Of a stretch of 64,000 bases of DNA, positions 1 through 18,647 are shown in pieces; positions within the stretch are counted from its first letter, which is position 1, and every line of letters starts with the position of its first letter. Made by a program: the position numbers and the translations under genes. Where the stretch lies: NCBI RefSeq assembly GCF_009914755.1, contig NC_060932.1; one strand, 5' to 3'. The notes under the pieces are model-generated. The model was not told the DNA's origin and did no database searches. It worked only from the letters and a program-made list of their open reading frames with translations. The stretch comes from the human T2T-CHM13v2.0 reference genome, Homo sapiens.

Positions 1-101
1 GATGTGGTCACAGGCTTCTACTGGCTCAGATCCCTGGGGATCTTCCTCACCAAATGTCTCCTGTGAAGTCAACTCCTTGTACTCAGTTCTGGTCCCAAGA
101 G
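1..101 (-). CDS. ZNF34: ZNF34 last coding exon, 5' part (spacer before the zinc fingers; continues off the window)
   Basis: Acceptor AG at 103-102; reads (A)LGTRTEYKELTSQETFGEEDPQGSEPVEACDHI in phase with the KRAB-B exon. Confidence 0.9.
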
Positions 102-1522
102 CTGAAACAAAAAACAGAACATCTAAGGGTCACCTGCTCTGACTCTGGAAGGTAGGCATGAGATGCTGCTGGCCACCTGTGGGGAACCAATTTGATCATC
201 TCCAAGGTCCCAACAGCCTTGCAAAGATAAGAGCCTGGAACTCAGAGGCTTATGCAGCTCACCTGGGGCCACAGTCATACAGCCCTTCAAACATTCACTC
301 CTTCCTTCCTTGATTTGACACTCACACAACAAACCTCTCCTGGGTGGCCACTCCCCAAGAATGGAGAGTGACAAGTACCCAAGTGGTGTCCTGCCACATG
401 GCCGCTCAGAGACTGATACCAGCAGCCACAGTCAGGATTGATTAGTCCTGGCCCCTACTTGCCAGCTGAGTCACCTGAGGCAACAACTCACCTACCTTTC
501 TGAGCCTTGGTTTCTCCATCTGTGACCACATAGCACTCTCATGAGAACAAAACAGATTAATACAACAGACTGACCATGAAGCACTCAGCCCAGTGCCCAG
601 CACAGTGAGTTCCAGGTGCAAGCACCTCATGACTGCCACTTTCATTACTGCTCTCTTCCTAGTCCTAAGGGGTCTATCCTTCCACCCCTTGCCTGGCTCT
701 GCACTGCACATGAACAGGTGCTGAACACCAATATCTGCCAAGATGTGCAGCAGACGGTGCTCACACACTACTACAGGAGCCTATGCTGGAGCTGCTGCTT
801 TGGAGGACGGCTTGGCAACCTTATCTAAAGCTGATCTATGAAAATGCTGACTCAGTGACTCTGCTCCCAGGTACACACGCGCCAGAAATGTATTCCGGGC
901 GCCAGAGAGAGACATGCACAAGAGTGTCCACAGCAGTTCCTGTACAACCCCAAACCTGGACAACTGAATGTCCTCCACAAGTAGAAGGGAACATAAGTTG
1001 TGGTGTGTTCATACAATAGAACAATGGCAACCAAACAGACCACACTGCTACTCCATGAAACACAAGCAGCTCTCACAGTGTTCAGCAAAAGATGCCCTGT
1101 GTGAGTCTACACAGAAAAATCCAAAGGAGGAAGCAGCCTCTTGTGACAGGAGTCAGAAAGAAGACCCCTGTGGGGAGCAGTGGGAAATGGCAGAGGAGAG
1201 CCAGGGAGCTCCTGGGGAGCGGAAACAGTCTGTATTTTAATCTGAAGGATGATTTTTCATAAAAATTCACTGAGTTATAAACTTAGGGTTTGTCCTATTT
1301 CTATAGATATTTACATTCAAATAAGCAAATTTACAAAATAAGAAGTCCTTTGAGCCAGCAGTTCCTTCCTCAGACACCATCAGACACATGCAAAAAGGTG
1401 ACCATCAGAGCTATCCAATCTTTTGGCCTGCACTTGCACTGAAGACATGACTGAGACTCATGCGCACAGAAATGGAAACACATTCCGTGTCTGCACAGCA
1501 GAACACACTATCATTTCTGTTA

Positions 1523-2433
<911 letters not shown>

Positions 2434-2953
2434 TCAGTACATAACAGTGGAAAGGCCAGTGCTAGAAAAGGAATAGCAGAAATATACTACAACACAACTA
2501 TGTCTGGGTAGTGAGATTCAGGGTGATGTGTAGTCTCTCACTTTTCCGCAGTGTATTAATTTAGAAGAGAGGGGAATTAAATGATAGCTCCATCATTAGG
2601 CCCTCATTATCTGGCATCAGCTCTGGAGCGCAGGGTTCTGTGGGGTTCCGCAGACCCTAACAGCACCCCTGTTCTGCACCTACTCACTCCCCTCTACACG
2701 GGACCTTGCCTGGAATGTCCATTCCTATTTTCCACAGAAATGCTGCCCTGGAGAGATTCTGCTCAATAATCTCCCCACCAAGGTGCCCAGACTGAGAGGG
2801 GTCACCTGGGCTTCAGCAAAGGCCACTGTCAGGCCTCCTGTGCTAGCCCCGATGAATCTGGCCCACAAACTCCTGATTCATTAATCAGACACCCTGGACC
2901 CCAATAAAGGCTCGTTCGGTGACTTGAGTTGGGGAGCAGATCCCCTCACGCAC

Positions 2954-3073
2954 CTGGGCTGTTGACTCTCAGGTGCTCTTTCCCAGAGGTGCCCTGAACA
3001 TCCAGGACCCAGGGCTCATCCCCTCGCTCCAACTGCGAGATCACTCCAGGCTTGGGGCCTGCAGGTCCTACTC
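2954..3073 (-). CDS. ZNF34: ZNF34 KRAB-B exon
   Basis: AG/GT-bounded 120-nt exon: GVGPAGPKPGVISQLERGDEPWVLDVQGTSGKEHLRVNSP (KP..IS.LE.G.EPW KRAB-B motif). Confidence 0.93.
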
Positions 3074-3465
3074 CTGGGAAGGAGACAGGGACTGGGGTTG
3101 GTACCAAGGACACAGGGCAGCACCTAGTGCTGTCTCACCCTGGGGCTGCAGGGTAAGGGAGGCACAGGCAGAGGGGGTGATGGAAGCCTGGACACTCTCT
3201 GGAGGGCACTGAGATTGGGCTGGGGCAGTCCTGAGCATAAGGGAATGAGAGCTCAGGGGTTCCCTCCACTAGGAGGTATGCAACTCCGCCCCCCCGGTGT
3301 CCCCCGCCCTACCAGGGAGGGGTCTGCCTGGGACCTGGGGCGAGAGGGAAGGGAAGGGCTGACTCAGGAAGGTCCCAGCACTGCTCTTCCCCTCATCTTC
3401 TCAGATCAGGTGCCTGCCTGGGATAAAGGTCATCACCTATCTGTGCCCAGGGGGTGAGGCCCCTA

Positions 3466-3930
<465 letters not shown>

Positions 3931-3934
3931 TCAC

Positions 3935-4021
3935 CTGGGGTGGGGCAGACAGGAACAAGGCCGCCATTGCCTGAGGGTTGGGCTTTCTGAGGGCAGTGAG
4001 CAGGAGCTGGTCACTGAGGAG
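3935..4021 (-). CDS. ZNF34: ZNF34 N-terminal coding exon (contains a second ATG: [11 protein letters not shown])
   Basis: 87-nt exon [29 protein letters not shown], polypyrimidine-CAG acceptor, donor GTGAGT, phase 0 into KRAB-A. Confidence 0.88.
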
Positions 4022-4385
4022 CTGAGGGAAGAGAACGCAACAAGTGGAGGCCCAGTCTGGCCCCTTCTTCCACAGCTCAGGCTACTTGGTGCTGCCATAA
4101 ACAGCCCTGCCTGCCTCACTGGTCCACCCCTGCCCATCCCAATGTGGGTACTGCTAGCTGGCCTCCCGGACATAGACTCCACTCTTTGCCTGGGGCTGCC
4201 CTCTCCAGCTCCACCTCTTTTTTTTCTTTCTTTTTTTTTTAATGACATGACAGGGTTTCTCTTAGTTGCCCAGGCTAGAGGACAGTGGCGTGATCTCGGC
4301 TCACTGCAGCCTCGACCTCCTGAGCTCAAGCAGTTCTCTCACCTCAGCCTCCTGAGTAGCTAGGACTACAGGCGCGCACCACCAC

Positions 4386-5091
4386 TGTTGGTGGAAGAGC
4401 TGAGGCAGGACTAGCTTGTCTGCCATAATGTAAAAGAGTCTGGGAACACGTCCTGGGTCCAGGGTCCAAACCCCCTCATGGCCTTTGGAACACCAAGCTC
4501 TGTGCCAAAGGGGGGAAGGCTGCCCTGCCGCTCCATAATCTAAGCCAAGGCATAAAAACCCTCATGGCTTGGATGGAATCCAGGGCTCAGGGCACAAAAC
4601 CCCTTGTGGCTTGGATGGAATCCAGGGCTCAGGGCACAAAACCCCTCGTGGCTTGGATGGAATCCAGGGCTCAGGGCACAAAACCCTCATGGCCTCTGGA
4701 ATGTGCACAGACTTGTTGGTTCCTTGCTTCTTGCTCTCCCAGGCTCATAAACATGTTCTCCATTATCTCAGGTAGCAGAGCATAGTACATATGTGTCAAA
4801 GAAAATGCTAAACCGTCACAGCTACGCTTGATGCACCGCTACCTTTCTATCCCCATGTCCTCATGTCCTCACCTGTCTACCCTCATGTCCGCACATCCTC
4901 ACCACCTGCTTCTTTGTTCGATCATCAATAAATAGTGTGGGCTCCCAGAGCTTGGTGCCTTCACAGCCTCCATACTAGCGTTGGCCCCCTGGACCCACCT
5001 TAAGTACTCTTAACCTGTCTTTTCTCATTCCTTTGACTCCGCTGGACTTCATAGCCCCCATGGCCTGGTGTTGGGTCTGATCACCCCAACA
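4386..5091 (+). mobile_element. ERVK-class solo LTR, LTR3-like (HML-6; subfamily tentative)
   Basis: TGTTGG...CCAACA inverted termini, AATAAA near 4926, flanks accac/atcac (5-bp TSD, one mismatch). Confidence 0.75.
4565..4690 (+). repeat. 42-bp tandem repeat x3 inside the LTR
   Basis: tggcttggatggaatccagggctcagggcacaaaacccct(t/c)g; shows as a 14-aa repeat in ORF 4564..4785. Confidence 0.95.
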
Positions 5092-5335
5092 ATCACACCT
5101 GGCTAATTTTTGTATTTTTTTGTACAGATGGGGTTTTGCCCAGGCTGGTCTTGAACTCTTGAGCTCAAGCAATCCTCTTGCCTCGGCCTCCCAAAGTGCT
5201 GGGATTAAAGGAGTGCACCAAAGTGCCCAGCCTCCAGTCACCTCTACTGCCTGCTGCCCTCGGGCCGTCTATCCCCCTCCCTGCTCTGGCATGCTAAGCT
5301 GTCTCATTCAGGAGGAAAACGACAATACTCATTCA

Positions 5336-5777
<442 letters not shown>

Positions 5778-6075
5778 CTAAAATAAAATAACACAGAAAG
5801 GCTAAGTATTAGTTAATATTAGATCAAACACTAGTTAAAATGAAGCTGTGGTAGCTATATATCTTTTCTGTATCTTTAAAGCTTTTTATTTAAGTATATT
5901 TTTATCATAAAAGTTGACAAATCCTGAGTACACAGTTCAGTGGACCATGACAAATTGCACAAGCCCATGGAACCAGCACCACAGTCAAGAAAGAACAGAA
6001 CTGGCCGGGTGTGGTGGCTCACGCCTGCAATCCCAGCACTTTGGGAGGCTGAGGCGGGTGGATCACCTGAGGTCA

Positions 6076-6346
<271 letters not shown>

Positions 6347-6631
6347 TTACTGGCCAGGCGTGGTTGCTCACCCCTGAAATCCCAACACTTCGGGTGGCTG
6401 AGGCGGGTGGATGGCGAGGTCAGGAGATCGAGACCATCCTGGCTGACGGTGAAACCCTGTCTCTACCGAAAATACAAAAAAAATTAGCCGGGCGTGGTGG
6501 CGGGGGCCTATAGTCCCAGCTACTTGGGAGGCTGAGGCAGGAGAATGGTGTGAACCGGGAGGCAGAGCTTGCAGTGAGCTGAGATCGCACCACTGCACTC
6601 CAGCCTGGGCGACAGAGCGAGACTCCATCTC

Positions 6632-6634
6632 AAA

Positions 6635-6673
<39 letters not shown>

Positions 6674-6675
6674 AA
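6632..6675 (+). repeat. (AAAT)n microsatellite in an AluY tail
   Basis: About 10 consecutive aaat units. Confidence 0.9.
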
Positions 6676-6765
6676 ATAAAAATAAAACACTGCATATTAC
6701 TAAAAGCCCACCAAAAAGCTGTAATAATTACAAACAGTATGGATCTACCAAACAGGAACTGGTAA

Positions 6766-6984
<219 letters not shown>

Positions 6985-7401
6985 TGATCTCCTGACCTTG
7001 TGATCTGCCCGCCTTGGCCTCCCAAAGTGCTGGGATTACAGGCAGGAGCCACCATGACCAGTCGAGATTTTTAACATACTTCCCTCAGAAACAAGTGGGT
7101 CAAGTAAACAATCTCATGCTTAAAACATAGAGAACACACATTGTTTTCAACATACTGAACATTACCAAAAAAAACAAAGCAACAGAGAAAGTTTCAACAA
7201 ATCCCAAAAGAATATATCATTTGGCAAAACAATTTCTATCCATATTGTTGTTATATTAGAAATATATGAAAAGTAACCCTCTCCCCAGAGACATATAGAA
7301 ATGGAAACTAAAGTGGAAATAGAACCAAGCCTACCTAAAGAAAATTGTGCATCCTTAATAGACTCATTTTAACAGGAAAGCCTGAAATAAATAAGTATTC
7401 A

Positions 7402-8419
<1,018 letters not shown>

Positions 8420-9453
8420 TTATCAGGAACAAAAAAGGAAAGAGTGTATATTTAGGGCAATTTGAATCTATGCTCCCAGGTTAAAATAAAACCATTTTAA
8501 ATAGATTAAAAAAAAAGAGCAAAAGGCCAGGTGTGGTTGGCTCATGCCTGTAATCCCCATACTTTGGGAGGCCAAGGCGGGAAGATGGCTTGAACCCAGG
8601 AGTTCAAGCTCAGCCTGTCTCTACAAAAAATAAAAAAAATTAGCACGGATTGGTGGCACATGCCTGTAGTCCCAGCTACTTGGGAGGCTGAGGTGGGAGG
8701 ATCACTTGACCCTGGGAAGCATAGCAGTAGTTCTCAGAGTGTGGCTCAGGGACCCTGGGGTTCCATGCATTCAAGTTTGTGTTCGCAACACTAAGAGGAC
8801 ACATTAGAAGCACTTGTAGTAGATTCAGTGACAAGAGAGGGACGTTCCCTCACCCTGCTGCTATTCAACATCCTAGCCAAAGCAGTAAGTTACAGAAAAA
8901 AGAAATATAAGCTACAAGGATCAGAAGAAAAAAGACAAAATCATCATTCTTTGAGAATGATAAAAATAATCTACATAGAAAATCCAAGAGTTATCAATCC
9001 ACTGTTGGAATGACAGGAGTTCCACAGCATTGCCATATACAAGGTCAACAGAGAATAATTAATACCACTTCTATTTGTCAGCAATCAGCAACCGAAAACT
9101 GACCATTCACAATAGCTACAAAAACTATACAGTACATTAAGTCTTAAAAAAAGATATGTATGTAATGAACAACATTATAAAACTTTATTGAAGTACCTTA
9201 GAAAGGTCTATGGAGAAACAGACAATGTTTCTAAATAGGAGGGCTCAATAACATAAAGATATCAATTATCCCCAAGTTAAATTTATTTTGTGCAATTATA
9301 ATAAACATTTCAACAGGACATGATATCTGACCAAAATGACTCCAAATATCACATGAAATAGTAACGATCTAAGATTAGCCAAGGCAGTGTGGCCAGGCGC
9401 AGTGGCTCACGCCTATAATCCCAGCACTTTGGGAGGCCAAGGCGGGAGGATCA

Positions 9454-9687
<234 letters not shown>

Positions 9688-10079
9688 TTAGCTAAGGCAA
9701 TACCAAAAAAACAACCAAAGGAGGCAAGGGTGTGCCCTACTAGATATCAAGACTTAGGCTATGGTAATGGAAAGTGAAGTTTAAGTATAGGAAAAAAGAT
9801 AATGGAAGACATCTATGGATATGTTAATATACCTGCAATATTAATGGCAATGAAGAAGGACAATAAATGGTATTGGCACAACTGGTTTTCCATTGGAAAA
9901 TAAAATTAGTTTCCTGCCTTCTGTGGTACACAAATATACTTCAGGCAGGTTGAAGACCTAAGCATTAAAAAAAAAAAAAAAAAAAGGTCGGGCACGGTGA
10001 CTCACGCCTGTAATCCCAGCACTTTGGGAGGCCGAGGTGAGTGGATCACAAGGTCAAGAGTTCAAGACCAGCCTAGCTA

Positions 10080-10334
<255 letters not shown>

Positions 10335-10815
10335 TCAAAAAGAAAAAAGGCCAGGCATGGTAGCTCACACCTGTAATCTCAGTGCTTTGGGAGGCCGAGG
10401 TGGCCAGATTGCTTGAGCTCAGGAGTAGGAAACCAGCCTGGGTAACATGGTGAAACCCCAGCTCTACAAAAATTAGCCAACGTGGTGGTGTGAGCCTGTG
10501 GTTCCAGTCAAAACCTCAGGTGGCTGAGGTAGAAGAATCGTTTGAGAGTGGGAGATGGAGGCTGCAGGGAGCCAAGATGGTGTCACTGCACTCCAGCCTT
10601 AGCCAGACCCTGTCAAAAAAAAAAAAAAAAAAAAAAAGAAAAAGGATTCTGTACAAGACACCACAAAGATAAAAGGCAAGCAGACAAGCTGCAGAGTGAA
10701 AGATATTTGCAGACACATAACAAAGTATAAATATACAGAATATATTTAAAACATTTTTAAATTAGAAAAATGTCACAATTTTTAATAAATGAACACAGGA
10801 TATGACCTGGCAAAC

Positions 10816-11096
10816 CCTGTAGTCCCAGCTACTCAGAAGGCTGAGGCAGGAGGATCACTTGAATCTAGGAGTTCTGGGCTGTAGTGCTGCTGTGCCAACT
10901 GGGTGTCCCCACTAAGTTCGGCATCAATATGGTGACATCAGGGGAGCAGGAGACCACCATATTGCCTAAGGAAGGGTGAATCAGCTCAGGTGGGAAACAG
11001 GGCAGGTCAAAACTCCTGTGCTGATCAGTAGTGGGATCACGCCTGCGAGTGGCCACTGCACTCTAGCCTGAGCAACATAGTGAGAACCCCATCTCT
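10816..11096 (+). pseudogene. 7SL (SRP RNA) processed pseudogene
   Basis: Alu-domain ends flank the S domain (gttctgggctgtagtgc...actaagttcggcatcaatatggtgac...gctgatcagtagtgggatc), which Alus lack; 5' truncated and diverged. Confidence 0.92.
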
Positions 11097-11487
11097 AATT
11101 TTTTAATTAAGAAAAAATGTAAAGTAAAACAAGACTCTCCCCACAGATTGGGGAAATATAAAATACTTCATAATACCAAATGTTCAGAACACTGTAAACT
11201 GGTAGACACTCTAGAAATATGTCTGGCCCTACCGGGTAGAACTGAAACCCTGCAAAACTCTCAGTGGGGAAACCCCACTCAAAGTATGTACTTTATGGAG
11301 ACTCTTGCTAATGCACACAAAAAGAAACACAAAAATGTTACCATGTGCCTGTGTAGAAGAAGAAAAAACTTCAGCGTCCATCAGCAAAGTCAGAGTGGTG
11401 GAAAGTAATGTCAAGGAGATAGAGCACAGTTATAAGGCTGAGAAAAACTGTCAGGTACAGAATATCCACAGTATAATACATAGGTAG

Positions 11488-12150
<663 letters not shown>

Positions 12151-12229
12151 GAGAGAAAGGAAAGAAGGAAGAGAAGAGAAAAGAAAAGAAAGAAAAAATA
12201 AAGAAGAGAAACAAAAATCTGGCTGCCTG

Positions 12230-13150
12230 GCTGCGGGGAGAAAAGCCTTGGAGCGCCAGAAGCGAGGAGGGTGGGGCGGAGGGAAGGCACAAGCAGAGGG
12301 AGGAGCACTGGCGGAGCGCGGACGCTAAAGGCAGGAGGGGCGGCATTCGCAGAGGGCTGGGAGGACCGCGAGACGCACGAGCCCCGCCCCTGAAAAGCTG
12401 ACAGGAGAGGAGCGTGGGAGGGAGCCGGGATGGGAAGCCTCGGGCCGCTGGGACCAAGGGGTCTGGAGCGCATCGGGACGCAGAAGCCGCTCTGTGCGGC
12501 AGGAGTCCAGGGGACCCCGCGTGGGGCAAGGGAGTTGTCAGGGGCTCGAGAGCGGAAGGAGCCCCGTGAGGAGCGACCCCAGGGCTGGCAGAGAGCGGCG
12601 AGGCGCAGTCCGTACTCGGGGCCTTGTCCGGGGGGTCCCTCGAACAGGAAGTGCCGCTGATGGCGGGACGGACCCACGCCTGCAGCACCGCGAGAGGACC
12701 GGGCACAGGGGCAACGCGCAGGGGAGGGTCTGCGCCGGGAGGGTCTGCGCCCCGCGCGCCCGCCCCCGCCGGGCTCACACTCACCTCAGCGCCGCCGAGC
12801 AGCACGGCAGCCCAACCTCGCCCGTTCGGCCCTCCCTCCCCGCCAATCGGAACCGATCCGGAAGTGACGTCAGCCGACTGTCTGGGTCCGAGGCGCCGTC
12901 CGGGCCGCTCTGGGAAGCTGGGACGCCGCGTGTCGGCTGCCCACCTCCCTGGCTTGCAGTAAGGCTCCGGGGACCCGCGAATGGCAAAGCCGTAAAGCGG
13001 GAATGCTGCCACCGGGTGGCAGTCCGAAGCCACGGCCCAGAGGCCTCAGAACTGGGGCGATGGTCAGAGGCGAAAACATATTAGTCTTTCCCTTTTTCTG
13101 AGAAATTCTCTCCCTAATGATGCACGAAAGGCGCCGCAAACAAGAACTAG
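12230..13150. promoter_or_regulatory. ZNF34 CpG-island promoter with CCAAT (12843-12847) and ETS-CRE composite CCGGAAGTGACGTCA (12858-12872)
   Basis: High CpG density; motifs read directly. Confidence 0.85.
12785..12850 (-). other. ZNF34: ZNF34 non-coding exon 1 (5' end approximate)
   Basis: GCTGAG/GTGAGT donor at 12784 inside a CpG island. Confidence 0.7.
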
Positions 13151-15290
13151 GCCCTTCGATTTACAGAGAAACGGGAACCGCACCCTTCCTTAGGGCCAAG
13201 AAAGGATGCTTACTGGCCAAAGAAGCCTGTCTTGGGTTTAACCTATTGCTCCTCATCCTTAACTCCTGTAAATGGGGCCCAGTGTCCACTCTGGAGAAAG
13301 GGTTTTTCGGGTGCCTGAGCTGCTTCTGGAACAAACTTTCCCTCATGGCCGGTCCATCGGCCAAGCCCTGCCGTCCACTTTGCCCAGAAGGGAGCAGAAA
13401 AACAGTGACCGCTTATGGCCAAGCTAAGCATCTAGTGCTTTCCCAAAACCCTCTTTCCAGATGCCCCTCCATCCTTCAGGAGGAAACACCGCCCTCCTGG
13501 ATTCTTTCTCGACAAGTCAGCTGGGACCCTGGGACCGGCCCTGCGAATGACGAGATCAAAACCAGGTCCCGTAGTTACTGGCGGGGAGGCGGGGCTGGAG
13601 TGGGAGGACCACATGAGGCCAGGGGCTTGAGACCAGCCTGGCAATAGCGAGAGCCTGTCTAAAATAAACAGGCCCTGCTGGGTCACTGCCTAGGTGTGGT
13701 GGGCGCCCAAAGACAGGTGGGGCCATACCAGCAGGATCAGGAAAGCAAGATCACGAAATGGGGGGTAAGGTTCTCTAGAGACAGCGTGGACCATGACAGC
13801 CAGGAACCACCGCGCAGCCAGTTAGGACTTGTCATCCCGGAGTGACCACGGAAGCCTAAGGTGACTATTCTCACCTGCCAGGCACCCTCCAACCAAGTCT
13901 ATAGGGAGAGACCGTGCCTCATCCTGCCTGCTGCAGTTCCACAGGAGTGTTGTTAGGGGCAGTGATCTGCAGCTGCTGCATTCGCTGGTGGAACTTCCTC
14001 GTGTGAAAGTGCTGATAGGATGCTGTCCTGGGATCTCCTCATTGGATCATGGTTAAGGGACAAGATGCCATGGGCTATGGCCAAACAGGAAGCCCCTCCA
14101 CTCTGCCTTGTGACGGAAACCAGCTTACTTGCCCTCCCATTGCAGGGGGGGTTCCCCAGCACTTCCAACCTGATTCCACTCAATCATCACTGTCAGCCTC
14201 ATCACTACCAAAGCTAGAGAGAACCAAAGTATCAGCCCCTGCCAGCAGGGAAAGGCCATGTGCTTTAAGGTAATCAATGCAGCTTTGGGGGCTGTTCCTG
14301 GTTAGTTTCTCTGCCCCAGGGAAGAGGGGGCTACATGCCCTGCGAAGCTGTGGAGTTACAGGACTCAAGGAGCAGACCAACCTACTGCTGGTGCCAGCTC
14401 CAGTCCAGTGTAGGGCTCTGGGTGGGTGGGTGAAGGGACTTGGGTGGTCTGGGATTCCCCATACACACACTGCATGCATTCATCCCTTTGTTCAGCAATC
14501 CCAGCAGTGACCTGGGACCCCACACTCAATCACCACCCTCAACCTCACCTGTCACTATCAGGCTAGAAAATGAGGAAAGGCATGAGGCCCCACCCACCAC
14601 CCACAGGAAAAAGCACCCAGAACCCTCCAGTCAGTGACCACTCCCCACCATGGCGGGGTGGGAATGCATGCAGAACAGAATGGTAAAAGCCAGGCTAGGA
14701 ATGGCTTCCTGGCTGTAGACAGGGTGCCTGTCCCACATTCCTTCAGGGCCCATCCCAAGTTCCCAGTGCAAGGCAGACACCTGCAAGCCAGGTATCCCTG
14801 GCAGTGACTTAAACACACTGACATCAGCAGGGCTGTAGCCAGTATGGAGGGAAAGGGTGTTGCTAAAAGACCCTGGGCAAAGGACTGCCTCAGGTGCTGA
14901 GAAAGTTAGCAGGGAGCTGACAGAGTGAGGGTATGGTCCAGAACACCAGGCTCAACGATTGTGTCCTATTCTGTTTCCTGATACGTGAAATGAGTGTTCA
15001 CATCCAAGCACTGCAGGCCATGGGACTGAGTCACCCACCTAAGTGTCAGGTCCTGGATGCCACATTCTTGGTCCCCTCTGTGGGGAAGCAAGGGTCTTGC
15101 CCAGGGTACCTGCACCCCGTTTCTAGTTGTGGACTTTCCCTTCAAGCTTCTACCACTCACTGGTGGTCTACTTCAGTAGTCTAACTCCCTCCCAGTACCA
15201 ACCAGGGGGATCCCACAGAAATCCTCCCAGCAGGGACCCCTCCCTTTGAAACCATGGGGGTGGGCACAGCCAGGTGGCATAAACACAAAC

Positions 15291-15296
15291 TTTATT
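15291..15296 (-). terminator. RPL8: RPL8 polyadenylation signal AATAAA
   Basis: tttatt on plus, 13 nt after the TAG stop. Confidence 0.9.
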
Positions 15297-15309
15297 GAGG
15301 CCCTCAGCA

Positions 15310-15986
<677 letters not shown>

Positions 15987-16756
15987 TCAGATACCTCAGG
16001 GAACCCCCAGTCGGTCAGAGCACCCCCACCTCCCCTCAATCTCCTGTCATGCACCTTCCCAATACTGCATCCAACTACCCAGCAAAAAGCCCACTCGCCT
16101 CCACCCTAGGGAGCCCCTTGCACCCTGTGAGCTGACATCCAGTTTCTTCAATCCACAATGGGCAGGCAAGCCAAGGCCCTCACCTCCATCACCTAGAATG
16201 CTGGCTGAGCTCCAAGCGCAGGGAAGCACCCCCCTCACCATGTGTGAGACGTCAGGCCGGCCACTCAACCTGACGTAAGACACTTGATTCAGCCTGCCCC
16301 ATCTCAGCTTTACTTATTCCAGGAACACAACCTCAGAGCCTCCCCTGTGCGAGGCTGAGTTCATCACAAGGATTCCAAGATGTTCCCAAACAGCACAGTG
16401 AGTTAACCTAGACTCAAATCCTTTTTCACTCACTCAGTAGGCGTCTTTGAGAAAGCCACAATCTCTCCCTGCCTTCTCTAAAAAGGCTGTTAACCAACTG
16501 CATGCAAGTGCAGCAATCAGGAAGCCCACGGTAGAATCCAAGACCCTGGTGACTTCGTCCCAATCTCATTTAACGCCTCAACAGCAGTAAAGCAGGTACT
16601 GTTGTGCCTGTTGTACAGTGATGACAACTGAGACTACAGGATGAGCTCAAACTTACAGAACCCAAGTTTTAGAACAACAGGTAATCGAATTCCAGGGACC
16701 AAGTCTAGCCACTGGCTGTCCACCGGCACTCACAGCATGTTCACCCACAGCCCTCA

Positions 16757-17062
<306 letters not shown>

Positions 17063-17276
17063 CTAGGCAACCCGCGAAGTTGCGAGCACAGCATTCAACA
17101 TCCAGCCTCCCGGTACAACTCTCTCGGCACCCACCGGTGGCCACTGGTCTGGCCACGCGGATGTCCCCACCTGAAGCTTCTGCCTGCGAGGTTCCCATAT
17201 CGGCTTAGGACGTTAACTCCTCAGGCAACACCCAGACCCCTCCCCACCCCGACCTTCCTTCCCCGCCGCGATGCTA

Positions 17277-17635
<359 letters not shown>

Positions 17636-17871
17636 GGCGACGGGTCCTGGGGGCGACTCACGATTAGCGCGGCCGGGCGGCCCGGGTACCCCCGCCAGCC
17701 CGGCTTTCCGGGACCCCGCCCCCGAGGCCGCCGCGCCCACCACTCCCTACCCTCTCCGCGGGCGCCCGCACCGGCATCCTCTCAGGAGGGCCGGTCCGGG
17801 TCTCAGCGCGCCTCACGGAAGAGGATGGCGGCGGATACTGCCCATGCCGCAAGGCCGCAAGGATGACCTAC

Positions 17872-17900
17872 CTGTTCACCAGCGCGGCCGAAAGAGGAAA
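17872..17900 (-). promoter_or_regulatory. RPL8: RPL8 exon 1 with 5'TOP/TCT initiator
   Basis: TTTCCTCTTTCGGCCGCGCTGGTGAACAG/GTAGGT; ETS sites at 17925-17931 and 17955-17961, GC box at 17930-17939, YY1-like GCCGCCAT at 17825-17832. Confidence 0.88.
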
Positions 17901-18647
17901 CACGGCGTCAGCGAGCGGCCTTATCTTCCGGGGCGGGGCCCAGGGCCGCGACACCTTCCGGGCGCGCCACGGCCAGCCTAGCGCGGTGCACGCCGGGGCT
18001 TGTAGTCACCAGCGGCCGCCGGCCCCGCCTACTTCTCCTCCTCCAGGGCCCCCGCGCAGGCGCACCAGGAGACGCGGCTGAAGGTGTCCTGGTGTGCGTG
18101 GGCTCGGAAGGAGGGTGCAGGAGTGCTCGGCTTTCACCGGGGTCTCCGGGAGGGCAGGTGTTTTCTGAGTGGCCGAGGAGGCGCCAAGTGGTTGAGTGAC
18201 CTGTCCAGGGTGTCACAGAGCGACCCACTCCGGGCCACGGGGTCTGGGGCTCCCGGCTTGCCTGGTGAGGGGCTTCCGTGTAGGCCGAGGGGGTTCTCGC
18301 TGGTGCAGAGCAGGAGATGGGCAGGGGAGACGCGTGGACCCACTCGTGGAACGTCATGGTTTGCAGGTGGCAAATGTCCGTCTCCCTGATGAACGGGCGC
18401 TTCTGGACGCGGGGACCTTATCCACTGTAGGCCCTTGGAGAGGTCGGGCGTCGAGGAGAGGAGCCCCGGGATCCTTGCCGAGGGTGAGGGCCGGCCGGCC
18501 CAGGAAGTGGGGAGGGCCAAGCTGGAGGGTCCCGGGTCGAGGAAGAAGGAGCGGGGATGGGCTGGGTCACATGCTGCGGAGTGGACGAATAATGGGAGAC
18601 TGGACCGTACCCTGACCAGAACCCTGTGCGGGAGAGGTGGGGAAGGA

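Larger units (their letters stand above)
4220..5233 (-). mobile_element. Alu split in two by the LTR at 4386-5091
   Basis: ...ctacaggcgcgcaccaccac | LTR | atcacacctggctaattttt... resumes the Alu consensus. Confidence 0.85.

Noticed and set aside
10816-11096. Functional SRP RNA gene
   Set aside because: 5' truncated with many substitutions; treated as a pseudogene
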